A DNA stretch of 64,000 bases from Octopus vulgaris (Eukaryota). Below, in pieces: positions 36,201 to 50,980 of this stretch. Within the stretch, counting starts at the first letter, position 1; each line of letters opens with the position of its first letter. Under the pieces are notes generated by a model, which saw only the letters and a program-made list of their open reading frames with translations, had not been told where the DNA came from and searched no databases. The position numbers and the translations under genes are program-made. The stretch covers positions 44,702,001 to 44,766,000 of the forward strand of contig OX597820.1 of assembly GCA_951406725.2 (NCBI GenBank), read 5' to 3'.

Positions 36201-39200
36201 TTCAGGTTTCATTTACAAATCCTAAAATCAAAGTGCCACTTAAAAAGCATTGGTGTAGGTGCTAGTACCATGTAAAAAGCACCTTGTACACTCTGTAAAT
36301 TGGTTGGCATGAAATCGAAATCGGAATCGAAATTGAACCAATCCTATGACTGGCACCCAGCAGATTCCAGGACCCCTGGTCTGGTGGTACGTAAAAAGCA
36401 CTATCCGAGTCGTGGCCGATGCCAGCACCGCCTCGACTGGCTTCCGTGCTGGTGGCACGTAAAATGCACCAATCCGACCGTGGCCGTTGCCAGCCTCGCC
36501 TGGCACCTGTGCGGGTGGCACGTAAAAAGCACCCACTACACTCACGGAGTGGTTGGCGTTAGGAAGGGCATCCAGCTGTAGAAACATTGCCAGATAAGAC
36601 TGGAGCCTGGTGCAGCCTTCTGGCTTCCCAGATCCCCGGTTGAACCGGCCAACCCATGCTAGCATGGAGAACAGACGTTAAACGATGATGATGATGATGA
36701 TGATTAAGAAGGGCATCCAGCTGTAGAAATCAAGCCAAAACAGACCATGTAACCTGGTGTGGCCCCTGACCTCATCGGTTTCTATCAAGCCTTCTAACCC
36801 ATGCCAGCATGGAAAATGGATGTTAAAGAATGATGATGATGAACTCCATTCACAAAATTTGGTCAGCCTGTGGCTATAGTAGAAAACATTCACCCAAGGT
36901 GATGCACAGTGAGACTGAACCCAAGACCACATGGTTGGGATGTAAGCTTCTTAACCACACAACTACGCCTGTGTCTGTTCATGTCTGAAATTCATAAAAC
37001 ATACATTCAAATTTAAGATTCTATCCTTCATTTATAACTGTTCCATTCACTGTTGGTCTATAGTAGCTACATGTGTATTTACAATTATTCTATCATTATA
37101 TGGTGCATTCTGACCTTCTCTTCTTACAGTTCCTCCTCTACAAGGATTTGTCATGAACCGAGTGCTTGGAGATTATTTTGAGACATTACTGTACAAAATA
37201 TTTGTATCTATTGATGAACACACAACAGTGGCTGAGGTGAGAATGTTGACTATTTTATTTAAACTATGATTCTCTTGACACATGTGCATAATTTAAAGTG
37301 GTGATCTGGCGGAATTGTTACCACGTTGGGTAAAATGCTTAGTAGCATTTCATCTGTCTTTATGTTCTGAGTTCAAATTCTACTGAAGTCGACTTTGCCC
37401 TTCTTGGGGTTGATAAAATAGTACCAGTTGAGCACTGGGGTTGAGGTAATCAACTTACTCTGTACCCTGAATTTGCTGGCCCTGTGCCAAAATTTGAAAC
37501 CGATGTGTGTGTATAATTTGGTTAGTTAAATTTTGAGCTTGTATATGTAAAAGGAGTGTGTGTTTGTGTGTATGCAGGTGAGTGGAGGCGCAATGGCCCA
37601 GTGGTTAGGGCAGCGGACTCGCGGTCATAGGATTGCGGTTTCGATTCCCAGACCGGGCGTTGTGAGTGTTTATTGAGCGAAAACACCTAAAAGCTCCACG
37701 AGGCTCCGGCAGGGATGGTGATGATCCCTGCTGTGCTCTTTCACCACAACTTTCTCACTCTTACTTCCTGTTTCTGTTGTACCTGTATTTCAAAGGGCCG
37801 GCCTTGTCACTTTCTGTGTCACGCTGAATATCCCCGAGAACTACGTTAAGGGTACACGTGTCTGTGGAGTGCTCAGCCACTTACACGTTAATTTCACGAG
37901 CAGGCTGTTCCGTTGATTCAGATCAACTGGAACCCTCGTCGTCGTAACCGACGGAGTGCTTCCAAAGAGTATGCAGGTGAAGTGTGATTGTGTTTAATTG
38001 CATATGCTTGTGAGCTTGTTAGATTGTGATGTTTATGATGATAGATGTGTTTATGATGTTGTTGATGATGATAGTTAAGTACTAAAATTGAATAATGTGT
38101 TAATGGTAGTGCTAGTGGTAATGATGATGGTATTCTTTTCTTATTTCACAGCTGGCTAGCATTTTGGAGATTGACTTACAGTTAGTCAAGGTAAACTCTT
38201 TCTTCTCCTTTCTGTCTTTATATTTTATTCTTGTTTCGTCTCATGCATTTTCTGGTTATTTTTCTGTATTTCTAGAGGGAAATGAATTTATTGCACTATC
38301 TGATCTTAAAAATTATATGTAAAATGACAAAACAACAAAGCCATACAAGAACTCTCAAGTCATCACCCAATACAAAACATAGTCCCTGCTAGGTACAGCC
38401 CATACCTTACTCATGATGTGGACTGTGTAATGTAGGTTACTCTTTCACTCTTTAACTTGTTTCAGTCATGTGACTGTGGCCATGCTGGAGCACCGCCTTT
38501 CGTCGAGCAAATCGACCCCAGGACTTATTCTTTGTAAGCCTAGTACTTATTCTATCGGTCTCTTTTGTCGAACTGCTAAGTTATGAGGATGTAAACAGAC
38601 CAACATCGGTTGTCAAGCGATTTTGGGGGGACAAACACAGACACGCAAACATATACACACACATACATATATAGATATATACAATGGGCTTCTTTCAGTT
38701 TCCGTCTACCAAATCCACTCACAAGGCTTTGGTCGACCTGAGGCTATAGTAGAAGACACTTGCCCAAGCAGTTAAATAGTATAACTCACCTTATCCTCTC
38801 TGCACACAACACATACCCTATACAATTATATTAAACAACTTGCATTCAATAAAATAATACAACTTGCATAACATACTCTAGAGGATTAGTTTTACACACG
38901 CTGCATACTCTATACATACTCTACATAATCACCATCCAATTAAAGAACACAAGACACACTCTACACAGGACTGAATTAAGATATGGGCACACTGAACAGT
39001 TGTCAAAGCCCACAGGGGTCTAGGGGCCCAATTCTGATCCATGTATGCTGTGGCTTACTGTCAATAAATACACACAATTGGGCCCAGAAGTGGGATTCGC
39101 TCACAAGCCTATGCTACTGTAAAGAGGGCTTTGATTTGACGTGTTTAACACCAGATCAGCTTTGATCAAACAGTCTTATGATCAAAGATTTCCCAAGCAT

Positions 39201-42200
39201 GACCATCCAATATTAAATTTATTAAACTTAATATTTATATCTCATCGACATTATTTAATGTGTTTTAAGACAGTAAATATGATTTGAAGGAGATTTGACC
39301 ACTATTTCTGTCAAGTCAAGCAACAACAAAGAGTCTTCCTCATTAGTCAGTGATAGTGATAGTGTAAATACTGCCATAGCTTCAACTGATAATAAAGCAA
39401 AGGTTCTCCAGGAACCCTGACTTACCAACAGCCATAAAGAATCTTTTTATTAGTAAAATATTCTAGATTTAGTTGAGGAACTGAAATTAGATTGTGTGAT
39501 GTTCATGTGTTTTGTCAAAAATATTTGGTATGGTAACCAGATTTCATTTCCTGGTTCCAATGAGAAACTGAAATTAAACTGCTTATAAGGCTTGCAAGAA
39601 GCTTATCACCAATCCTAAAATGATAGATAGTTAATATTGGGTTGTCCTGAAAGTTCATGCCGATTTTTAAAGGAAAGAAAATGGTCAATAAACACTTGCC
39701 ATTACATTTGATCAACCAAATATGAACCATTTTGTTGCACAGTGCATCTCCATCTTTCCTTTAACTTGAAAATACCCTCTTCCCATAATTGAGGTAGTTT
39801 CATGGCAAAGAATTTATCAAAGTATCTTTTTACATTATCCAAGGAATTGAAATTTTTTACCATTAAGACTATTCTGCAGAGACCTGAATAAGTGGAAATC
39901 CGAAGGAGCACTATCTGGTGAATATGGAGGGTGGGGTAGCACATCCCAGCCAAGCTGCAGCAATTTTTGTCTGGTTTCCAAAGCATCAAGTGCTGAAAAG
40001 GAACTTTCTTATCTTCCATTTTAAAGGGTTACAAAATTAACACTGGTTATAGGAACATAAACCTTCTTCCACGAAAAGATAGCTTAAACTGTGCTCTAAA
40101 TGGAGGTGTAGTCAAATCCCATTTTATGGACTCAACCATGTTCTAAAATAAGTCGAAAGGTAAGCTACTATAAATTGGCACAAACTTTCTGGACAACCCA
40201 ATAATTGCCCTATTGGTTTCTTGATTGCAAGAAAGGGTGAGCGAAATTGAAAATTTCTATGTGCTGGCACCATGTAAAAAGCATTCATGCCAGCACCACA
40301 TAAAAAGCACCCATGCTGGTGTCATGTAAAAAGAAGCCTGCACACTCTGTAATGTGATTGGCATTACGAAGGGAAACCATGCCAAAACAGACAAATGGAG
40401 TCTGACCAGCTGGAGAGTTGGTCAGGTCCTGTCAAATTATCCAACCCATACCAGACATTAAATGATGATGATGAAGAGGATGATGATTCCTTTACCCTTG
40501 TTACGTGTAAGTAAAGGGATTTTATATTAACCAAATATTGATATTGAAGTGTGAGCCACAACTTTCCAGCAGGCTTACATTTCTATATTGTATTCTACTG
40601 TATGGTTCATGATATTCTTAACTATTATATTATAGGTCAAAACACTGCATAAAGAATGAGAAATGTTAATAATATTAGACCATTATTGGCATTAGTCTGA
40701 GGGAGGAAAGAGTAAGAGGCTTGTTAGCAGAACTGATAATCAAAAGTATCTTAATTTCAGATATACCTACATTATCTAATCTGTTATCTATCCTTTTTAA
40801 AACTATAAGGTGTGACTTGAGGGAGACTTGGCTGCTATTTCTAGCAGGTTAATGATAACATGACCTCCTTCATTAACTCACTGCTATTGTATTTCTATAT
40901 ATTTTCTCTCTGTTCACTTCTCTTTCATGTTGTAAACAATATTTTATATTTGTTGTAGAATGCAGTTTCCATGTTCTGTCGTTTGGGTTTTGCCCACAAG
41001 AAAATAAATGACCTCAACTTAGATGACCTACACTCATCTTGGAGAGCTCGACAAACGTTAACTAAAAAGTAAGTTGATGGAAGTGAATCATCTTGGCTTC
41101 CTTAAGCACAAGATTTTTCTGTGAGTGTAACCGTTATAGTCATCATAGCCATTCTTAAAGAATGGGACAATTGGGTGCAGCTGAATGGACACAGGTGATT
41201 TGGTATGGCTAACTGAATATTAAACCTGTATTGATAACAGTACTTTTTGGCACTGGAGACAACACATATACACACACATATGTACAGGCATGCAGGTATA
41301 TACACATAGAGCCAGGGGTCTCCTTAGTGGTCAATATCAACCCCTTGGGATCGATGGGGCTATTCAAAGGGTTGATAAATGTGCATGAACTTTATTATTT
41401 TTATTTATTTATTTTCTTGTACATGCCTGGGAGTTGACAAGGGGTCAAGGATTCCATGAAGAGGTCAATGGTGTAAAAAGATTGGGGATCCCTGCCTTAT
41501 ACACATAGAAATATGTTCACATATTTTCATATATAAACAAAGAGAGAGAGAGAGAAAGAAATATTGGTTTTAAATTTTGGCACAAGGCCAGAAATTTCGG
41601 GGGAAGGGTAAATTGGATGCATTGACCCCCAATGCATAACTGGTATTTTGACCCTGGGAGGATGAAAGGCAGTTATCTCTCCCTCTTCCCTGAATCACCT
41701 CCTTTTGACTCACCTCTTTGTACTTCTGACAAGCTCCAATCCTATCACCATACTTCTATCACTCTCCCTACATGTTCTTGCTACCTTTACTCACCTTATC
41801 TGTCATTGCTCTCCTATCTACTGTATTATTATTATTCTGCTCCACTTCACCCTTTGACCACGGCAGCATTTGAACTCAGAATGTAAAGCTAGAAGCGGTG
41901 CCACTAAGCAATTTTTCCTGCACGGTAATGATTCTACTAGCTTGTTACCTTAAGAGAGAGAAATATTAAAACAAGAGAAACATAAAAATATCTGATGTCC
42001 AATAATATGCTATTGAATCAGCGATGCCAAATAAGTGAGGCCAAAATAGCTGTCAAAACATTTGCCTTGTTTCTTAACATCATTTCTCTTATGTTTTCCA
42101 TTGATCACCCTTTCTGTGTTATCCGTTATCTCCCCCTCTCCCCTGTAACCCTATTGACTCACCCCTATAAGCTCCAATCTTATTACCATACATTTCTCAC

Positions 42201-45200
42201 TCTCCCCACATGTTATTGCCACCTTTACTCACCTTATTTGTCATTGCTCTCCTACCTAATGTATTATTATTATTCCACTCCACTTCAGCCTTTGTGCACT
42301 GTTAGTCAGTTTGTTCAGGGTAGCATAACCAATAATGTAGGTAGGAGAGAGGGTGATTGCTGCAGATGGGCTAGGGTAAGAAAGAGAGAAGAGGGAGAGC
42401 ATGATGGAAGAGAAAGGAGAAATGGGAGAGATAGTGCTAGAGAAATAAGGAGTAGTAGTAAAGGGAGGCTGCAATGATAGACATATAGTTGTGACAGAGT
42501 AAATAGGGTAAAGTTCCCCTTTGGTCATGACTGACCATGGGATTGTACCTAGAAAGTTACCCCCCGAGACACAAGTCCGGGCAAGGTTGTTTATGAAAGA
42601 CCAGCAGTCGCCCATGCATACCAGCTTCCCACTCTCCACACTATGGCTCAGTGGTTAGGGTATTGAGCTCACAATGATGAGGTAGTGAGTTCGATTCCAG
42701 GACCAGGTTGTGTGTTGTGTTCTTGAGCAAGACACTTTATTTCACATAGCTCCAGTTCACAACAGAGTAAACAACAGCTACAATATTTGTAATCCATTAC
42801 TGTCTCCATCATTGCCAGTCTCTTTATTTCTAATTTTGTACCTTTTATTTATTGCAGACCAAGTCAAGACCAACTTCTCCTGGAGATGAGTATGCCACTC
42901 ACTGAGACCGAGTCTCTGTTGGATGTAAACACAGCCAGTAATACTGACAGTTCAAGTATTGACAGTTCTCTAGGTAAACACACCTGTTGTCACTAACATT
43001 TATTATCTGTTAGCCTTATATTTAATATTGTCTCCAGTAGTTCCTTTTCCCTATGCTAGCATAGGTGAGATAATTATTGACAGAATTGGACAGTTGTATA
43101 TAAATTGCATTATTGTAAATGTAAAACGTATTTAGTACACCAAATGTGCTTGCTCAGACTGATGTTTAGCTTAGATGTGGTATTAGTTGAATTAAGCCAG
43201 CAGTCTTCTGAAAGTAAGCATTCCCTGATAATCTAATCCATAGATAAACTGAAGCTCTAACATATGTGAGAAGTATTGCCGATAGAGGAGAAAGGATGTT
43301 ACGATGTGAAGAATGAGAGAAAGAGAGAGATAGTTTGCTAACACTACATCGCAATTGTATCACAAGTAATTTGTTAGTTTACTAAGCCCCCAGGAGAAAA
43401 GATTTTCTCCTGACATAGTGAACTAGCACACTTCAATTCATTGGTTGTGACGGGAATTAAGCACAACAATATGAATAAATTATGAATTAATGGCTAAGAT
43501 TCTAATGTAAAAAAGATATATTATAATGCCAATTTGGAAACTGTTGAGACTGTCGTCATCATCATCATCATCATCATCAACAGTCATCATCAATAGTCAT
43601 CACATTTGCTTTCCACACTGACTTGTGTTGGATGGATCATCATATTCCAAGACATTCCTCATTCGGAGTTAATGCCCTAATAATTAGGTGAGGAACCACA
43701 TCTTGCTCATATGTTCCAGTTTTAGCATGGGTTCTACAGCTGGATGTCCTTAAGACTAACCACTTTACAGAGTGAAATATACTAGGCACATTTTATCCAT
43801 GGTTCCAACACTAATGAGGCTGTCATGCCATTGGCCAAACTAAAGGATCCTATTGACATCTACATTGCCTCCACTCACTTGCCATCCATTTTTACAGAAT
43901 GTATTTGGCACATTTTTCATGGCATTGGCACTAGTGAGATCGCTTTGTGCTCCACAAAGCTTGAAAGTGCTCACTACCCAACAGCATATATTGCTCATTC
44001 AAGGAACCTGACAGAGAGACAAGAGAGAATTGTGACAGAGAAGAACCAGGGTGAATGGGTGAAGGGAGTGAGAGTATGACAAGAGAACTAGAGTACTGTA
44101 AATCCTCGAGTATAGTCCGCCCTTGAGTATAATACGCAGGGGATTGTTAGGGGGCTGTACCTCTGAAAAACCTAAACCTTGAGTATAATACGCACCCTTT
44201 CTCTAACTTGAGTCAAGGAGGTCTATATAACGTCCTTGGTTTGTAAAAATGTGTATGGTAATGTCCTTTATTATTATTGTATATATAACATAATGCAAAC
44301 GTGTAGCTTTTTTGTGCATTTTGTTTGCAGAAAAAGAAATAACAGTAATAACGTTTAATAAATGTTGCTTACTGCAAGTAATGGATGATTCTTTTATGAT
44401 GTCATTGCTTTCAGGCTTAGCTTAAGGTATTTTCATGCCCGACATCACAAAATGCGTCTGAATAAACATTGCCGGACAGCAAATAGAGACTCGGACATTG
44501 CTTAGAAAATAATTTTCATTTTTAACCTCGTATATAGTACGCACTAGGGATTTTGACCTTTAAATTTTGGGGGAAAAATGCGGATTATACTTGAGGATTT
44601 ATGGTAAGTAGAAATAATGGGGAAATAGAATAATAGATGACAATAAGAAAAATGGCATGAGGAAGAAGGAGTGTGGCTGATGGCACATTGGTTACAAACA
44701 GTTATGATATAACCCCTCATACATAGACAACTTTATGGGAAAGAGAGATAGTGATAATGACTGAAAAAGGGGCAATTGAATACTGACAGGTCCAGTGCCA
44801 TCCCTTGTTAACAATATCAGTATGATGCATTTTCATGGAATAATAATGTTTTTTCTATCCTTTTACAGAAGTCAGTGGTCAAAATGCTGGGTCAGCAAAG
44901 AGAATAGTTTTCCTGTTTGATTCTACACTAACAGCATTCCTAATGATGGGAAATTTGTCTCAGGTCCGATATTTTACTCACTTCACAGCTCTGTTATAGT
45001 TTTGCACACATCAGTATACATACATCTGTGAGTGAGTGTTTGGGTGTGTGTGTGAGTGCATTCTCTTATTCTTTTACTGGTTTCAGTCATTGGAATTTGG
45101 CCATGCTGGGGCACTGCTTTCAATTTTTTTAATCTTCCCTCATATCGAGCCCAATACTTAATTCAGCTTTGTTGATTTCTACTTGCCAAACTGTTAAGTT

Positions 45201-47748
45201 ATTTGCCAATAACTTGAGAGATTGGCAAATAGCAACACATCATAAGCACAGACATAAACAGATAAACATGCATGCACACACACACACGCACATACATACA
45301 CGTTGACTTTGTTGTCTGCTTATAGTTGGTCTGAGTATCTACATACATCTTGATAGTTCTCCAAAATACAAAACTGGACAAGGTTTTTTTGTGGAAGACT
45401 AGTAGTTGCTCAAACAAGCAAGTGTCCTTTCTTTATGTCACTGATGTTGCCCAATGGAAACCCAAGACCAATACAGTTCAACAGTTGAAGACTGGCCAGG
45501 TTGCCAGCTTGCCCGATGGCAAGTGGGCCCCTGTGCCATTAGAATTCATATATGGGGGCCCATGTTAGTATCTAAGGGGCCCATCCCCTCAAGTTTGAGA
45601 ATTTTTTATTCACTCCTGGAAGAATGCATTAATTATGTCAGCCTAGCTGTGTTTGTAGACAGTTGAAAAAAATACTTTTAACAAAAAAAAAACAAATGAT
45701 AGCATTGTAGTCGTGGGTGTGCCCCTTTAGTCTCCTGGCAACCAATATTTTTAGATTCAGTCTGCTACTGCAGTTCAGTATCAGCATTGTTTCAGGTCTT
45801 GCTATCAGAATCCAAAAAGCCAGAGCAGATACCACTAAGCATCCTACCTGGCACAGTTTTGTTGCACCTTTACTCTAGACAGGTATTTTATTTACTGACC
45901 CAAAAAAGGATAAATGGCAAGATTGACCTGGGCAGTATTTGAACGTGGAGCATAGAAAATCATAACAAATATTACCAGGCATTATATCTAACACTTGTGC
46001 AATTCTGCCAATTCTAAATCATATGGTGTCATTTATAAAGCACTCAGTACACTCTGTAAAGTGGTTGGTGTTCAGCTGTAGAAATCAAGCCAAAACAGAA
46101 TATGGAACCTGGTATGACCCCTGATTTTACCAGTACTTGTCAAGCCATTCAACCCATGCCAGCATGGAAGATGAATGGCCATGTGTTTAAGATGTTTTGC
46201 TTCCCAGCCACATAATTTCAGTTCTATTGTGCCTTGAATAAAGGTCTTCTACTATAGCCCTAAACTGACTAATGCCTTGTGAATGGATTTGATGCACAGA
46301 AACTGAGGGAGGCTCCTTATGTGTGTATGTATTTATGAAAGTTTGTGTGTATATGTTTTTGTAGACATTGTCTTGGTATTGCATGATTGTTGTAAATGTA
46401 TGTCATTCATTTCCAGTATTCTGTGAAAACATGTCTGGTCATGGGGAAACATTATCTTGCTTGGAAACAGCAAAGGTTTGTGACAAGAACGGCATCTGAC
46501 AATAGAAAAAACCTGCCTCAGTAAACTTCATGACCCAGTCAAGCATGGAAAAGTGGACATTGAAAATTAAAAGAATAAATAAACCATTTAGAGAATGAAA
46601 TGAAAACCTCACTTATATTGACACAGGTTCATGCTCTTCACCTTGAGTCTACAAAAATTTTGCAATATATAAGCAGAAAGATTTAAATTTGTCCTAATGA
46701 AAGGAAACTTTTGACAAAGCAGTTCCTTATTATAATAATACCTCAAAAGCAAGTGGATTCAAAGATACAATCTCATATTCAAACCCAGTATCATTTGGTT
46801 TATACCTAAACTTTAAGTCCAACATTGTAAAATCTTTTCTTATAAATACTACCTTGCTAACCATAAATATAGAAAGCTGTTGAACAGATATGAAGAGTTT
46901 TACATCTCATAAAATTACTTAACCTACTGATGCCAATTGTTCATGTTGAAACATCAATACACGTACACTGAATGGTCCTGTAACACAGAGACTATCACAT
47001 ATGAAGTTAATTCATATAAAAGTTAATTCAACAAATCTGAATCCTGATACCACTCAAAAATTGATGTAACCAAAGGAAATTTTAAAAGATTGTACATCTT
47101 CATTCAAAAATATGAAAAGCAGAATGAAATGAAACTCTTTAATTGTATCTGATCATTGAAAAAAAGAATGCTTCAAACTACAGTATCAACTGAAAGATCA
47201 TTGAAAAATCAAGTCGTTATAAAAATGGCAGGAATATATGTTACTTGTGCACAACAGAGAAAAATCTAATCACTCAACAGAACTGTATTTAAATGAAGCT
47301 TCCAAAAAATGCAAGAATGCAGATAAATTCATTTTATTGAACTGAGTACAGCTTTCTTGAATTATAATTGCACATGGGTGTAGTTGTGCATGTATACAGA
47401 GAAATTAGCAACATATATGCATTTTTTTACACTGTATCTATTCAACTTTACTATATCATTAACATTAGATTATTTTGCTACTACGCTGTAACTACATACA
47501 TTATTTTATTTCCAAAATGCAATTTCTTACAGCATATTCTCTTAAATGGTCCATTAAAATACAGTTACAGCACATTCACTTAAATAATCTTTTAATTTTA
47601 GTTTAAGAATTCTTTGTAAGCCTAGTACTTATTCTATCGGTCTCTTTTGCTGAACCACTAAGTTACGGGGACATAAACACACCAGCATCGGTTGTCAAGT
47701 GATGTTGAGGGAACAAACACAGGCACGCAAACGTATACACACACACAT

Positions 47749-47802
<54 letters not shown>

Positions 47803-50800
47803 TAGCAGTATCGCCCGGCGTTGCTCGGGTTTGTAAGGGAAATAACTATATAAGCATTTTTAGAGAGTTACTTCCCTTATAAATTCGGGCTTTCTTAGCC
47901 ATTTTTGTTTTGGTGTCTTCAAGCCATGAAGTCATTGTTCTAAAAGAACGCTGGTCTCCTTGACAACGCATTACGACGTTGATTTCTTTACACTCCCTTC
48001 CCCACAGCTTCACGAGGGAGGGAAGGGGGAGAAGCAAACAGGTGCAGCTGTGAGCGTGGACGCCAACTCCGCCGCCATCGACACACGATGCATTTTATGC
48101 ATTAAAATGGAATAAAAAATGATGTTAAATTATTTTTAAAATCTTAGACTCATCGTTGACGCGCGCTAATAGTCAGACGGGCTCGATATGAATCACGACT
48201 ATAAGATACCCGAATTTGGTTAAACTGCACCGCAAAATGTGGGTGGAGTTAGGAATCTAAATCGAAGGGGACAGACACTCACACAACTAGAGTTTTATAT
48301 ATATAGATATACATATATATATATATGACGGGCTTCTTTCGGTTTCCGTCTACCAAATCGACTCGCAAGGCTTTGGTCGGCCCAAGGCTATAGTAGAAGA
48401 CACTTGCCCAAGGTGCAATGCAGTGGGACTGAACCCGGAACCATGTGGTTCGCAAGCAAGCTACTTACCACACAGCCACTCCTACGCCTGTGTTGAGGAT
48501 TCTCCTATGGGTGTTCAGGATTCTCCCAAAACAATTAGTATGGAAAGAAAAATTGAGCATTAAATGAACACATAGTGTGTATAATATATATCCATCCATC
48601 TTCTCTGCCCACCACTCTTGGAAGGACCATGGGAGTAGAATCCTCATGCACCTCCTCCTATCAGAAGCAATTATTATTACACTTTCTGTCTGGATTCCTG
48701 ATCATGACCAACTGAGACTATGGATATTATCCAACCATCTCATTCTTGGTTTACCCCTAAGTCTCCTGCCATTTGGTTTGGCTGGAAGAATCCATCTTGC
48801 AATTCTTTTCTGTGGCATTCTAACCACATGTCCATAGTACCAAAGCTATGACTGCTCAATGTGAAGAATTAATAGCTCTACCTAGAGAGACTCCCCCCAT
48901 TCAATATGTGTGTGTGTCTTTTGATAATACCTTTAATCTGTTACCCAGTTATTCTATCACCTGGCTCTTAGATGTCTGTCTTTTGCAGAGTCCACTCTTG
49001 TTTTTAAGCATTCAGGCCAGGTCCCTATTCTAAGGAGGACTTTCCCACCTTTTCCTTCTGCTACTTTTAGAGACCTTGAAAAATGTCATGACCCCTGACC
49101 TTCCTCCTCAGATTAAGCAATAAAAATAGTATCTATAATGAGTATTTTTCATGTCTAACTTTATTTGATAATATAATTTATTTTATTTATATGTATATAT
49201 ATTGTTTATATTATTCTCTTCTTTTTTATTTTGTGTCACCAGGGTCTTAAGAGTCATGCAGTGACAATGTTTGAGGTTGGGAAACTGAGTGATGAGTCAA
49301 TGGACAGCTTTTTAACAGAGTTAGAAAAAGTAGGTGCCATATTTTTTATTCGTAGTTGCAGATCTGTAAAAGATTATTGACTCATTTTATTTATTACATG
49401 AATACATACATGTACACACACACATACATACATTGTATAGCTGTCACTGGCAAGTATGACTTGATAGCATATACCATGCTTTTACTAATCGCTTAATTGT
49501 TTTAGGTGACTATGTAGATGTTGCATTTCTAGACAACCCCAGATAATGATAATTTTATGATGAAAAGCAAATTCAACCTTGATGTGATTTGCACTTATCA
49601 TGTAAAAGGAGATTACAAAATACTGATCCTTGTGACATAATTGTATGACTAGTGAGTCCTTTAACCATCAATGTATCTTAGGAAACTTAGAATGGTAGAG
49701 CCTTTCACCTTCAAACAATTCCAATTGAACTGCAGGCTAATGAAATATTTATTAGTTTTGTATAATTATTACTGCTTGACTTGGCATGTTGTTCCTACCA
49801 TGTGATGGGTCATTGTTTCTTTGTAGCACCTATTTATAACTGTGGGTTGAGCCATAAACAGTATAGCAACACTAACTGTATACCAATTAGTCTCCAGCCT
49901 TTGGTTGACTAGCTCTCTTTGCACTCATCTGTCTACTCTCTCAGTCATTGATCAGATTAACATAATTCAGTAAGAGAATGAGTAAAAGAGAGCAAGAACC
50001 TGTGATTTTTGTGGGCTTTCCCAGGTTAAAAAGGAAAATGTGAACATTGACTGTGTTGAATCTAACCTCAGTTACTCAGGGGACATTTAGGAATGCTTAC
50101 TACAACATAACCGAGAGAGATTAACAGACTGAGTGAATTTTTAGGTATCTTTTATGATTTCAAAACATTATCGCATATATTAGTTGCAGGCATGGCTGTG
50201 TGGTAATAAATTTGCTTCTTGACCATATGAGGTCAGGTTCAGTTTCACTGTATGGCACTTGGGCTAGTGTCTTACATTATGGCACCAAGCCAACCAAAGC
50301 ATTGTAAGTGGACTTGGTAGATGGAAACTGGAAGAAGCCCATTGTGTGTGTGTCTGTTACTATCTCCTCTGTCTTGGGCATTATGTGATAGTTGTAAATA
50401 ATTGTTACTACCATACAAGCAGTGTCATTCATTTCCAATATACTATGAAAACATGTCTGACCAGGGATAAATATTACTTTGCTTGGAGATAGGTAAGGGT
50501 TGGCATCAGGAAGGGTATCTGGTTGTAGAAAATCTGCTTCAATAAACTCCACACAACCCATCTGAGCATGGAAAAGTGGACATTAAAATAATGATGATAA
50601 TGATAGTTAGCTGGTGAATTAAGTTTTTTTTTTTTGGAAAAGTTTATTGATTATTTTATTATTAATCCTTTATTAATAACATGCTTGATTCAAACAACAG
50701 GTTGGTTCCGAAGCTGAAGGGGAAGCACAGCGTTACTTCGACCATGCTGTTACCCTAAGGTACACGATCAGATTCCTTCGTTACAACAAAAACCTCTTTC

Positions 50801-50944
50801 CGGACTCTAACGCAAATTCCTCTGGCCTTGGCATAGATCTGATCCGATGTGAGAGTCTCTTAAGCTTGGATGCAGCTACTCGAGCTCGGATTCTGAACAA
50901 AAATTATACGTAAGTTATTTACATCTATTTTACAATAATATTAC

Positions 50945-50980
<36 letters not shown>

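Noticed and set aside
37586-37660. tRNA-like sequence (also 22523, 42643, 13881)
   Set aside because: A and B boxes are present but the sequence continues into a SINE body, with a TSD at 37570/37969; I could not fold a full cloverleaf
41313-41494. hAT-like MITE with CAGGG termini
   Set aside because: Termini are short and there is no matching 8-bp TSD; too weak to list as a feature
41995-42639. 160-aa and 127-aa opposing ORFs
   Set aside because: Composed of low-complexity purine/pyrimidine tracts and repeat fragments
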